DNA from: Planctomycetota bacterium
Lineage (GTDB): Bacteria > Planctomycetota > GCA-002687715 > DRQF01
Length of the DNA: 47,435 nt
Assembly: GCA_036479435.1 (NCBI GenBank)
Contig: JAZGFI010000171.1
Span: forward strand, 1 to 47,435
Direction of reading: 5' to 3'
Shown: piece by piece, positions 35,520 through 44,712 of the stretch
Position numbering within the stretch: the stretch's first letter is position 1
Layout: the number at the start of each line of letters is the position of its first letter
The notes under the pieces: generated by a model
The model's input: only the letters and a program-made list of their open reading frames with translations
The model's database searches: none
Told to the model about the DNA's origin: nothing
Program-made: the position numbers and the translations under genes

Positions 35520-37493
35520 ATGGCGATCGACATCACTCCTTTCCTGACGCCGTACACCCCGCCCGGTGCGGGCTACTCGCCCACGGGTCCGTACGGCCGT
35601 CACCTCGTGGCGGCGACGGAGAAGTTCGCGGGGCTCGCGGATAAGAGGCGGGCGCAGGAGCTGGAGGACGAGAAGTTTCGTCTCCAGCAGGAGAGACAAG
35701 CTGAGGTCAGGCGGTCGGCCATCGCGCGGGAGGTGCACAACCGCGATATCCTGGGCGAAAGTAAACGGTCCGCTATCGCTCGCGAGAAGGACGCTGCGCT
35801 GACGCAGACTCGCCTCCGGCGTAAGCAAGCCGCCACTATGTTCAAGGCTGCGGATGCCGCGTTCAAGTCGGGAGACGACGAGGCAGCGAAGATTCTGCTC
35901 GGTCTCGCGGGTTTCGACACGGAGCAGCTGACGTCGCCCGCGGAGACTGGGGCGGCCGTGGAAGCGCTCGGTGAGGTTGTTTCCACGGGGGAACAGCAGG
36001 ATTTCATCGACGGCGGGCCGGGCGAGCCGCTCACCAAGGCGGAGAAGCGCGAGAAGCTCGGCCTTGTCGAGCCGCCGCCGCTGCCTGGCATGGGCCCCGG
36101 CGGCCAGCTGGCCGGACCGGTTCCACGTGAAACATTGCCGGCCGGCGCAGTCCCTGCTGCTGCCGCACAGGGTCCTGCCGCCGGAGCCCCACCGCTGGCC
36201 GGTGGGCAGCCGCTGGCAGCTCCAGGCGCCGCACAGCCAGCGTACGACCCTCGTCAGGTCCCCGCCGGCATGGCACCCCCAGGCGTCTCGCGCGAGCAGT
36301 ACCTGGTCGACCAGCGTGCGCAGGAGCCGGCCTATGCTCAGATTCCCGCAGCTCCCGCACTCCCGGGCCAGCCCGTCGGGGGGTTCGGCCTTCCGCAGCA
36401 GCCGCATCTCTCCGAACAGATGGGTGCAGATATTGCGGCCGCCGAGTCGGACCCAGGGATGAGGGTCACGACGCCGTTCGGCGAGTCGTTCGAGTACAAC
36501 CCCGTCGCGCGGCGCGAAGAAGTTCGCTCCCAGATAAAGGAGCACTTCCAGCGTTACATCGACGGGTCCGATCCGATGGACATGCCCGCGGCCCTGCAGG
36601 CACGTGAAATGGCCGATACCGCGTTGCAGCTACACGGTGGGGACTCGGAGAAGGCCGTCAAGTACCTCGACACGGTGCTGGGTCGCCACGAGAAGGAGAT
36701 TCACGCCGACTACCGAAAGGAGATCGGGGTCGAGGCATCGAAGGCACTCGCCGGAGCCAAGAGGGCGGCCGAGTCCGGCCAGGGGCCCGGCTACGAGCGT
36801 CGCTTCATTAGCGCGACGCGGTTGGTCATATCGGAGGCCAAATCGCAGGGCTACTACAAGGATACAGAGTCCATGCAGCACTTGCGCCAGGCAGAGAGAC
36901 TGCTCCAGTCTGGCGATGGCTACTCGCAGCAGCAGGGCGTCACGATGATCCGGCGAGCCCTCGAGAAGGGTGTCGCAACGGACAAGGACATCGAACGAGC
37001 CAAGTTTGGCTACATGTCCTTCGCCAATCGGATCAAGGGATGGTTTAGTGAGGCGAAAGACGGCGTGCTCAAGCCGGCTCACATCGAGAAGATCCTCGGC
37101 TCGCTCGTCGACATCCGCATTGCGAACCTAAAGCACCTACAGAAGGTCCGTAACACCCTGGATGCGCAAGGCGACACTATGCCCGAAGGGGCGATAGCGG
37201 ATGCCTACCGTACCTGGACGGATGGTGCGTTCAAGCGGTTCAAGGTCAAGCGCGAGCAAACCCTCGAAGAGGGGATTGCGAACAGCCAGCAGCGGAATGT
37301 TCGCGGGTCGCTTCTCGATGAGCGGCGACAGCGTATCCCCGACCGCGAGGAGCTGCGAGCGGAGGCTGACGCGATCGAGAGTGTGCAGGGTCCTGATGCC
37401 AAGAGGCAGTTCCTGGAGGAGCAGGGCATCGAGGACATTGATGGCACCATAGCCGACCTTCTTCGGGAGGGCGTAGGAGGAGCAGCACCATAA
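35520..37493 (+). CDS. internal virion/ejection protein
   Basis: 657 aa helical with a Pro/Ala linker; position. Confidence 0.65.
   Translation: MAIDITPFLTPYTPPGAGYSPTGPYGRHLVAATEKFAGLADKRRAQELEDEKFRLQQERQAEVRRSAIAREVHNRDILGESKRSAIAREKDAALTQTRLRRKQAATMFKAADAAFKSGDDEAAKILLGLAGFDTEQLTSPAETGAAVEALGEVVSTGEQQDFIDGGPGEPLTKAEKREKLGLVEPPPLPGMGPGGQLAGPVPRETLPAGAVPAAAAQGPAAGAPPLAGGQPLAAPGAAQPAYDPRQVPAGMAPPGVSREQYLVDQRAQEPAYAQIPAAPALPGQPVGGFGLPQQPHLSEQMGADIAAAESDPGMRVTTPFGESFEYNPVARREEVRSQIKEHFQRYIDGSDPMDMPAALQAREMADTALQLHGGDSEKAVKYLDTVLGRHEKEIHADYRKEIGVEASKALAGAKRAAESGQGPGYERRFISATRLVISEAKSQGYYKDTESMQHLRQAERLLQSGDGYSQQQGVTMIRRALEKGVATDKDIERAKFGYMSFANRIKGWFSEAKDGVLKPAHIEKILGSLVDIRIANLKHLQKVRNTLDAQGDTMPEGAIADAYRTWTDGAFKRFKVKREQTLEEGIANSQQRNVRGSLLDERRQRIPDREELRAEADAIESVQGPDAKRQFLEEQGIEDIDGTIADLLREGVGGAAP
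36119..36134. promoter_or_regulatory. parS-like site GGTTCCACGTGAAACA
   Basis: One mismatch to the TGTTNCACGTGAAACA consensus. Confidence 0.6.
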
Positions 37494-40156
37494 TGGAACC
37501 GCGCGTCAACTGGACCATGGCTTCCTTCCGCAAGGCGCAAGACGTCATTGCGTCGGGCGAAGGGGGCGAAGACGATCGCACCCATCTGTCTGCCATGGTG
37601 GGCGACTTCGAGAAGGACCTCGCCGAGGGGTGGGAGCCTGCTTCCGGAGAGACGAAGGCTCCTGCGGCCCGCAGGGCCCAAGAGGTGGGCATCGGAGGCG
37701 AGTACGACCCGAGCACGATGCGCGGCCAGTTGACTGGGCCGCTTGTGGGCCGGCAGCAAGCGTTGCCGGATCCAGAGATCGGCGACGGGGATAACCTTGC
37801 GGACGCCGAGATTGCCAAGCGAGCGCCTACGCTCTACGACACTGACTTTCGTAGTGCTTCGCAGCAAAAGGCGCTCTTTGCCGACCCGATCTACGCGCCG
37901 GATCCGGGGGAGATCGATCCACTCACGGGGCTTGCTGCCGCGGGCGAGGGCTTCGCCGAGCCGGAGCAGCCCTACTTCCACCAAGAGCCCAGCGTTGAGC
38001 AGTTCATCGACTATCTTGAGCGGGCCAAGGCGTCCACGGACCGGCCCGAGATGCAGGCGCAGTGGGACGAGGCGCTGTCCAGTGCACAGGACAAGGGCGA
38101 CGAATCTCCTTACTTTGCTGAGTTCGCGGACCGGCAGTGGCAAGAGGTGCGCCGGGCTTTCGCCGCGCACCGGGCTCCGGTGACTCGCATTGCCTACCAG
38201 GACGTTGCCAAGGGCAACCTAGGCGCTCGTCTGGAGGGTGAGTTCGCTCGTATCTCCGAGCCCTTCCTTGCCGGTGCAGATCAGATGGCCACGTTCGGGG
38301 TGGGTGCCGAGGCGATGGCGATGAATGGGAACAAGCGGTACTCCAAGCACCAAGAGGAGGCGCTTGCGACGCTTGAGGAGAACGGCACGCTGATGCCCAT
38401 GGCGGCGCGGACCAAGGACGTGATGGAGACGAGCCCGTGGATGACAGGCGCCGGCATGCTTGCGGGCGCGCTGACTCCGGGCGGCGCGGCCAACTTGGTC
38501 TTCAAGGTGGGTGCGAAGGCTACCGCGGCAGCGGGTAAGGCGATGGCTGCCGTAACGCCAACGCTTTTCCGGGGCACGAGCATGGGCGCACAGGCTGCCC
38601 GCGGGGTGGCGAAGCATGGCGTTGCCGGGGGCGGTGCCGCGCTTGTCGAGGAGTCTGGGCGGGGATTGGTGGCCGAAACGGGCCGCGCAATCCGCGAGGA
38701 GGAGGACACTGGCATTGGTGCACCGATGGGCCCCGGCGAGGCTTTCCTGGCGGGCGGACTGGGCGGGACCCTGGGCGGTGGCATTGCGGCTGGCATCGGA
38801 GGGATGGGCAAGAGCCTACGGCTTACGGGTGACAAGGCCACCCGCAGGGCCATTGCCAAGGTCGAGGACCTGCTGCCAGGGCAGCGGGGTACGAGCGTGC
38901 TGCGGGGAATCAAGGAGACCCCGGAGATGAAGGCCGTGCTCGAGACAGAGCTACGTGCGGGCACCTCGGCGGGTCGCAAGACTGGCGTGGAGGAGGGCTT
39001 GCGAGGCATGCGCGGGGACGTGGCCAAGCTCGGTCGCGAGGAGCAAGAGATAGCATTCAAGGCCGCGGGTGAAGAGAAGGTGGCGTTTCACGCAGCCAAC
39101 GAGACCAACCTCAAGAGCATGCAGGAGTCCTCCGATCGCATGCTCATGGTCGCTCGTCGCCGGGAGGGCACGCCGTTTGCGGACGACGAGAGCTTCTTCC
39201 GGGCGTTTCGGGACGTGACCGATGTCAAGGCGGTCGCCAGCCAGAGTGAGGCGCAAGCGTTGGCCAAGGCACACGGCGGGCAGGTCATGTCGCTGGGCGA
39301 TGCCAAGAAGCTCTTCGGTGCGAAGTACGTCAAGGCTAAGATTGGCCGGCTCAAGGCTGACGATCCCGCTATCTCGGATGTCGTGGACGATGCACCGCTC
39401 GAGCTATTGCCACCGGGCCAGGCATTCCCGACGGGGCCACTGGTCGAGCCGGCCGAGGCTGCGCTCGACGCCTCGCCCATTCACCTCGTGGTCACGGGCA
39501 AGAGGCTGAACCCGCGGCAGTACGACGATGCTGTCGACGCATTGAACCGTAAGATTCGCTACGGCGAGGGCGATGCGTACAAGGACCCCGAGTGGAAACA
39601 GCTGGGGCTGGCGATCCGAAAGGACCGAGATCAGTTCGGCGGGGAATGGGGCACCACAAAGAAACGTCACGAAGACGTCGCCAACCTATGGGAGAAGCGG
39701 CGTAAGGACTTCGGGATCAAGGCGGATTGGAACGAGCGGGACCAGGTCCAGCTGGACGGCATTCACAAGGCGTTGCGCAAGGCAGGCAACGTCGACGATG
39801 CTACGGATGCAGAGATCTGGGCGCTGCTCGAGAAGAAGCCGGCGCTCGTCAAGAAGCTCCAAGTGCTCAAGGCGACCGAGGCTCGCCGCGAGCTCATGTC
39901 CGGAGGCACGACGCCGACGCGGTGGGGTATCATGCGCGAGCTCTACGGCGGCGCCAGGCTTCGAGCCGATCCTTTGCTCGGTGGCATGATCGGCGACCCA
40001 CTCACGGCGCTCGGACCTGGGCGACTCGGGATGCTCACGCCTCCGACAGAAGCAGTTGAGAACATGGGTTCGGGAGCCAAGGACTTGCTCCAGCGGCTAT
40101 TCCGTATGACGCCCACCCCGGAAGGACAAAGCGATGTATCTCCCCCAAGCAACTAA
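37493..40156 (+). CDS. large internal virion/ejection protein
   Basis: 887 aa with G/A-rich hydrophobic segments; last of the ejection cluster. Confidence 0.65.
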   Translation: MEPRVNWTMASFRKAQDVIASGEGGEDDRTHLSAMVGDFEKDLAEGWEPASGETKAPAARRAQEVGIGGEYDPSTMRGQLTGPLVGRQQALPDPEIGDGDNLADAEIAKRAPTLYDTDFRSASQQKALFADPIYAPDPGEIDPLTGLAAAGEGFAEPEQPYFHQEPSVEQFIDYLERAKASTDRPEMQAQWDEALSSAQDKGDESPYFAEFADRQWQEVRRAFAAHRAPVTRIAYQDVAKGNLGARLEGEFARISEPFLAGADQMATFGVGAEAMAMNGNKRYSKHQEEALATLEENGTLMPMAARTKDVMETSPWMTGAGMLAGALTPGGAANLVFKVGAKATAAAGKAMAAVTPTLFRGTSMGAQAARGVAKHGVAGGGAALVEESGRGLVAETGRAIREEEDTGIGAPMGPGEAFLAGGLGGTLGGGIAAGIGGMGKSLRLTGDKATRRAIAKVEDLLPGQRGTSVLRGIKETPEMKAVLETELRAGTSAGRKTGVEEGLRGMRGDVAKLGREEQEIAFKAAGEEKVAFHAANETNLKSMQESSDRMLMVARRREGTPFADDESFFRAFRDVTDVKAVASQSEAQALAKAHGGQVMSLGDAKKLFGAKYVKAKIGRLKADDPAISDVVDDAPLELLPPGQAFPTGPLVEPAEAALDASPIHLVVTGKRLNPRQYDDAVDALNRKIRYGEGDAYKDPEWKQLGLAIRKDRDQFGGEWGTTKKRHEDVANLWEKRRKDFGIKADWNERDQVQLDGIHKALRKAGNVDDATDAEIWALLEKKPALVKKLQVLKATEARRELMSGGTTPTRWGIMRELYGGARLRADPLLGGMIGDPLTALGPGRLGMLTPPTEAVENMGSGAKDLLQRLFRMTPTPEGQSDVSPPSN

Positions 40157-40505
40157 GATCACCTTCGATGACAGCACACTGCCGACCGGGTCGGGGGACA
40201 CAAACCTTTTCAATACGGCGCTTGTCTACACGGGCAAGCGCCAGTTCCGAGCGGGTGGCATCCGAAAGTTTGTGTTCAACATTGTGCATGACCAGGCGGC
40301 TACCCTCCGGCTGCACAAGTCCAACGACCGCTTTGTCTCCAACGATGTCGAGATATCCAGCACAGTGCTGGCCGCTGGCGTCACCGAAGGCGAGTTTTTG
40401 GTTGAGCTCTACGACGACTGGCGAGTCGTATGGGAAAACGGGGGGGTTGACCAGGGCCAGTTCGAGGTCGATATCGCGCTCTCCGACGATAGAGCGCAGT
40501 CGTGA
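40134..40505 (+). CDS. small beta-rich putative virion protein
   Basis: 123 aa; WRVVWENGG; AAGGA upstream. Confidence 0.6.
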   Translation: MYLPQATKITFDDSTLPTGSGDTNLFNTALVYTGKRQFRAGGIRKFVFNIVHDQAATLRLHKSNDRFVSNDVEISSTVLAAGVTEGEFLVELYDDWRVVWENGGVDQGQFEVDIALSDDRAQS

Positions 40506-40547
40506 TTGCCGCGTGAGTTCTCGCACGGTTCATGGTAGAATGGGGGT

Positions 40548-40793
40548 GTGGCCTCCAAGACCCCCGAAACGCCCGGTATACGGCTAGACGTCGGCGAAGA
40601 GCTCCGCGTCCTGCGCGTTCAGGGGCTCAAGCACGTCGCGGCTATTGCGGATCTGCGGGCGCGCGTCGGCTCGCTCGAGGGACTATGGGGCGCCTCGGAG
40701 TCACGTCGTGCTGCCGTGATGGCCGCCGCGGTGACTGCGATCATGACAGCGATTGGCACGCTGGTATATTTGTTATTGAGCCCCCATGGCTGA
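40548..40793 (+). CDS. coiled-coil plus single-TM protein (holin candidate)
   Basis: TAGAAT-6nt-GTG; IADLRARVGSLE..AAAVTAIMTAIGTLVYLLL. Confidence 0.55.
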   Translation: MASKTPETPGIRLDVGEELRVLRVQGLKHVAAIADLRARVGSLEGLWGASESRRAAVMAAAVTAIMTAIGTLVYLLLSPHG

Positions 40794-41244
40794 CGCATTC
40801 GCGCTCCCTCCCAACTTCTGGTCCAAGGTCGTTGTCAGGGGCCCGGATGAATGCTGGCGCTGGAGTCGGGCGTTGGATACCGACGGCTATGGGAAGCTTC
40901 GATACGGAGGTAAGACCTGCCGTCCCCACCGTGTCGTTTTGCAATGGTTTACGCAGAGGAAAGGCGAGGGCCTGGAGGCGTCACACGGACCTTGCCATGA
41001 GCCTTCCTGCGTCAATCCGGCGCACTTGAGCTGGAAGACTCACAAGGAGAATATGGCGGACAGAGTGCGTGATGGGACCAACAATCGAGGCGAGCGGAAT
41101 GGCCTAACTAGCCTGACCGAGGCACAGGTGCACGCTATCCGGGCTGACCCACGCCCGCAGCGCCGGGTGGCGCCGGATTATGGGGTTTGTCCGTCTACCG
41201 TCAACGGCATAAGAACTCGGCGCAGATGGGGATGGCTTCCATAG
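40786..41244 (+). CDS. HNH endonuclease
   Basis: FWSKV..DECWRW..GYG..HRV..CVNPAHL..EN..D. Confidence 0.92.
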   Translation: MADAFALPPNFWSKVVVRGPDECWRWSRALDTDGYGKLRYGGKTCRPHRVVLQWFTQRKGEGLEASHGPCHEPSCVNPAHLSWKTHKENMADRVRDGTNNRGERNGLTSLTEAQVHAIRADPRPQRRVAPDYGVCPSTVNGIRTRRRWGWLP

Positions 41245-41245
41245 C

Positions 41246-41530
41246 GTGGCCGGCGAGGACCCCGAGTACACGGACTGGCTGCGACAACAGCCGTGCCATC
41301 AGTGCCTGCGCCAAGCAGGCTGCGACCCTCATCACCGGACCGGGGCAGGCATGGGGATAAGATCGCACGACCACAAAGCTATTCCCCTTTGCCGAGAGTG
41401 CCATATCGCTTGGCATGCAGGCGCGCGTGCCTTCAAGTGGATGGACAAAGAGGCGAGGCGGGCCTACCACAACGAGGCAATCGACAAGTATCGTGCGGTC
41501 TACAGCTCATCGAAGGGGCCAGCGGGGTAA
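41246..41530 (+). CDS. small HNH-like Zn nuclease (DUF968-like)
   Basis: YTDWLRQQPCHQC..DPHH..GMG..D..AIPLCRECH..WH. Confidence 0.75.
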   Translation: MAGEDPEYTDWLRQQPCHQCLRQAGCDPHHRTGAGMGIRSHDHKAIPLCRECHIAWHAGARAFKWMDKEARRAYHNEAIDKYRAVYSSSKGPAG

Positions 41531-41745
41531 CCGCCCACCAACCGGCACATGACCGAGCACGTGAGTCCGAACAGGTCTAGGTTCCACCATGTGCCTTCGA
41601 GCGGTGCGTAAATGTCCCCGATGGGCGTTGTGAGCACCTGACGTTCCGCCCCGCACTCCGCACACACGCCCATCTTGGGGTCGAGCGGTAGGCGTGCGCG
41701 AGAGCCTCCGGTGGAGCGGTCGCCGTGCGTGTAGGAGACGCCCAC
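41500..41745 (-). CDS. small Cys-containing hypothetical protein
   Basis: CAEC..CSVMC. Confidence 0.5.
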   Translation of the reverse strand: MGVSYTHGDRSTGGSRARLPLDPKMGVCAECGAERQVLTTPIGDIYAPLEGTWWNLDLFGLTCSVMCRLVGGYPAGPFDEL

Positions 41746-42047
41746 TAGTCAGGCGCCGGGTCATAAGTCAGGGCAAAGATATCGGGCTTGCAAGGATATA
41801 GCTCTCCTTTGACTCCTTGGATAATCCAATCATCCCGATCGACGGCATGCTCCCCTTCGAGAGTGTGAATGGCCAAGGGGCAAGATATAGACCCTAGCTC
41901 TACCGGGAATAGTGCCCCTGGCTCTTTGCGGTCTTTTTGCCATGCATCATGGAGCCAGGGAGGCCAATCTTCATTGACTCTTCGTCGCTCTTCGGTCATT
42001 TGGAATGCTTCGATGGTGACTGGCTTCTTCTTGAATCTGTAGTTCAT
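41745..42047 (-). CDS. conserved phage protein (KKPVxIEA...TLEG...YPCKPDIF type)
   Basis: Recognisable family motifs; lower GC than the flanks. Confidence 0.8.
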   Translation of the reverse strand: MNYRFKKKPVTIEAFQMTEERRRVNEDWPPWLHDAWQKDRKEPGALFPVELGSISCPLAIHTLEGEHAVDRDDWIIQGVKGELYPCKPDIFALTYDPAPD

Positions 42048-43738
42048 TGGTGTCCTACTCCGTGGGCAAGTGCCCGTAGCTTGTCGTGCCTGAACTGAGG
42101 GCCTCGCCCCCAGCCGTTCATCTGCAGGTACTCCATGCAATCACTCGCACGAGCCCTTGTGATCTTTTGGGATTTGATGCCAAACTTCTGCAGCTGCTTG
42201 AGCTGGGCGAACGAAGCGAGCCCGGCCTTGCGACGTCGCTCGGACTCTTCAATCAGCCGGCTGGCTTGGCGCTTGCCGTAGCGTTCGCATTCCTTGTCGG
42301 AAAACTTCATGTAACGCTTGAGGTAAGAAGCCTGCCCCGGAGTACTGGACTGGTCGTCACGCCACGACTGCGGCAGCTGCGGGATATCCAGCACGGCGAA
42401 CGGATCGAAGCGACGCGTAGAATGCACTACCTTGGAGGCGGCCATCGATGCGGCCATCGCTTTGAGCTCGAGCCGGGCGCGCTCTAGCTGGTCGATGGGG
42501 TCGCCCTGGCCTTCGTCCTTGGCCAGCTTCTTGGCCATCTTGACCTCGGCCTCGCTGTAGCCGCCGGACAGGACGTCGATGGGCGAGCGCAGGTCGTGGC
42601 GACCTGCGTCGCCCACGAAGTCGGCAATCACGCACAGCGGCTTGGGCGAATCCGCGATGAACTGGCGGCGCTGTCCAGCACCCTCGACACCACCGACACT
42701 GTCGACTGTGTTCGACAGTGTCCGGGTCCCGCGGCCGACCTTTTGTGTGTAGAGCGCGCGCGACTTGGTGGGACGGGCGTCGACGATGAGGCTGCATTCG
42801 GGCCAATCGAAGCCTTCCGTGGCGATGAGCACATTGCACAGGATTTGTATGTCGCCTGACCGACACCTCGCGATGATGTCTCTGCGCTCATCGCGTGGCG
42901 TGTCGTCGTCGATGCACTCGGCGATTCCGGGGGCGTAGTAGTTGAAGCGCTCGCAGGCGAGCCTGGCTGACCTCTTCTTGGGCCAGAAGGCGATGGCCTT
43001 ACGGTCGGGCCACCGCTCCAGCGTCGCCTTCACGATGCCTTCCACGCCCTTGCAGACGGCGTCGTCCAGCTCGCTGCGGTTCAGGTCACCGGCGACGGTG
43101 CGCACATTGCTCAAATCGATGGCGTCAATGCTGACGTGGTGGCCCTGTAGGGGGACGAGATAGCCCGCATCGATGCCCGCCAGGATGTCAAAGCGGTATG
43201 CGCACGTTTCGACGATCTGCCCAAGCGCTCGCTTGTCGCCCCGGTCCGGTGTGGCGGTGACGCCCAGCAGGTAGGCGTTGGGGAACGCATCGATTGCCCG
43301 TTTGTATGTCTTCGCTACATAGTGATGGGCCTCATCGAGTATCACGAGGTCGAAGCCGCCGAGCTGCTGCATCCGAGTGTAACGGTCCTTACGACAAACC
43401 GTCTGCACGCTGCCCACCACGATGCGCTCTTTGCCGCTGTACGACGAGGCCTGCTCGAGCCCCACGGCTTCGCCCGTGAGCTCGGTGAGCTTGTCGATCG
43501 TCTGGCTGATGAGCTCGTCGCGATGGGCGAGGACAAGCACCCGGCCTTGGAAGAGCTTTGCGATCTCCGAAAAGATCACCGTCTTGCCAGTGCCGGTTGC
43601 CATGTTCAAAAGGACGCGCTTATGGGACTCCCAGGCTTTGAACGTCGCGGCGACGGCCTCGTGCTGGTAGTAGCGCAGGTGAGTGTTCGGCCGGACCCTC
43701 ACGGGCTCCGGGAACAACGTGGTCTGACTTAGCTCCAT
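42044..43738 (-). CDS. superfamily II DNA helicase (DEAH)
   Basis: LRYYQ, MATGTGKT, DEAHH, TATP, TEGFD, QKVGRGTR. Confidence 0.93.
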   Translation of the reverse strand: MELSQTTLFPEPVRVRPNTHLRYYQHEAVAATFKAWESHKRVLLNMATGTGKTVIFSEIAKLFQGRVLVLAHRDELISQTIDKLTELTGEAVGLEQASSYSGKERIVVGSVQTVCRKDRYTRMQQLGGFDLVILDEAHHYVAKTYKRAIDAFPNAYLLGVTATPDRGDKRALGQIVETCAYRFDILAGIDAGYLVPLQGHHVSIDAIDLSNVRTVAGDLNRSELDDAVCKGVEGIVKATLERWPDRKAIAFWPKKRSARLACERFNYYAPGIAECIDDDTPRDERRDIIARCRSGDIQILCNVLIATEGFDWPECSLIVDARPTKSRALYTQKVGRGTRTLSNTVDSVGGVEGAGQRRQFIADSPKPLCVIADFVGDAGRHDLRSPIDVLSGGYSEAEVKMAKKLAKDEGQGDPIDQLERARLELKAMAASMAASKVVHSTRRFDPFAVLDIPQLPQSWRDDQSSTPGQASYLKRYMKFSDKECERYGKRQASRLIEESERRRKAGLASFAQLKQLQKFGIKSQKITRARASDCMEYLQMNGWGRGPQFRHDKLRALAHGVGHQ

Positions 43739-44712
43739 AGCGCGTCTAGGTCCTCTTCGGGCTCTTCCGGTGCGTGGGTTTTTAGGTACTCGTCCACGGT
43801 AACGATGTCGCCACGATACATGACGGCGGGGTTCTCATCGTCGGCCAGGCCTAGGGGAATCTCCCCGGCATCTTCACAAGCGCGGTTAGACATCCACCCG
43901 GTAGACTTGCAGTCGGCGCAGTCCTCGACGACCCCGCCGAGGGCACGGCAGTAGTAGCACAGGGTGCGTGGTGACTCGGCGGAGACGTCAGCAGCGATGG
44001 CACCCATGCGCTCGGCAAGCTCATCGATCGTGGCGTGCGAGAACGGCAGGCCTTGCGACTTCATGGCCCGTAGCGATGTGATAGCGCTGGTCATTTTAGC
44101 CAAGGCTTCTCTCACCCGCCGGCGCACGAGGCCGAGCTGCACGAGGAAAGCGTCGTCCATCTCCATGCCACGGTCGTCCACGGGGTCGGCCCGAAGCTCC
44201 GCCTGCTCGGCATCGAGCTTCGCTTGGCGCTGGCGCTGGCGCCAGTCGTTTTGGTGTATCGACCTTCGTTTGATGCCTTCCTCGTTGGCGAGGCGGTCCC
44301 GGGCCTCGGTCCCGAGCTTGCGTTCGGTACGCACCTCCCCATCTTCGGATAGTTCCTGGGATATCTCGGCGAGGCGTGCCTGCCTAGCGGATCGCTGCCC
44401 AGCGGGGTCGTGTGTTCGTTCGCTGTTCTCGTGGCTTCTCATAGCTTCCACATGTTCGTCATTGCATTCGATTACTTTAGCCTGGACGTGCGTCTCTCCT
44501 AGAAGCATGAGGCCGGCGATGCGGGTGTGTCCGCAGATAACGAGTCTGTCGCTTTTGCGTACGACGGGGTGGTGAATCAGGCCTACGCTCGCGATGGAGT
44601 CCGCTTGCTCTTGGGCTGCTTTGCTATCCAGTATTCTCGGCCAGTCGCCGGGCAGCCGTAGCTTGTCTATCTGGTACTTGCGAATGCCGTAGTCGGTGAC
44701 TTCATCACTCAT
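43729..44712 (-). CDS. ParB N-terminal-domain protein with C-terminal Zn finger
   Basis: SIASVGLIHHPVV..ICGHTR..ENSER; CYYC..CADC. Confidence 0.8.
   Translation of the reverse strand: MSDEVTDYGIRKYQIDKLRLPGDWPRILDSKAAQEQADSIASVGLIHHPVVRKSDRLVICGHTRIAGLMLLGETHVQAKVIECNDEHVEAMRSHENSERTHDPAGQRSARQARLAEISQELSEDGEVRTERKLGTEARDRLANEEGIKRRSIHQNDWRQRQRQAKLDAEQAELRADPVDDRGMEMDDAFLVQLGLVRRRVREALAKMTSAITSLRAMKSQGLPFSHATIDELAERMGAIAADVSAESPRTLCYYCRALGGVVEDCADCKSTGWMSNRACEDAGEIPLGLADDENPAVMYRGDIVTVDEYLKTHAPEEPEEDLDALWS

Noticed and set aside
36598..36611. Second parS (GGCACGTGAAAT)
   Set aside because: Only a partial right arm matches
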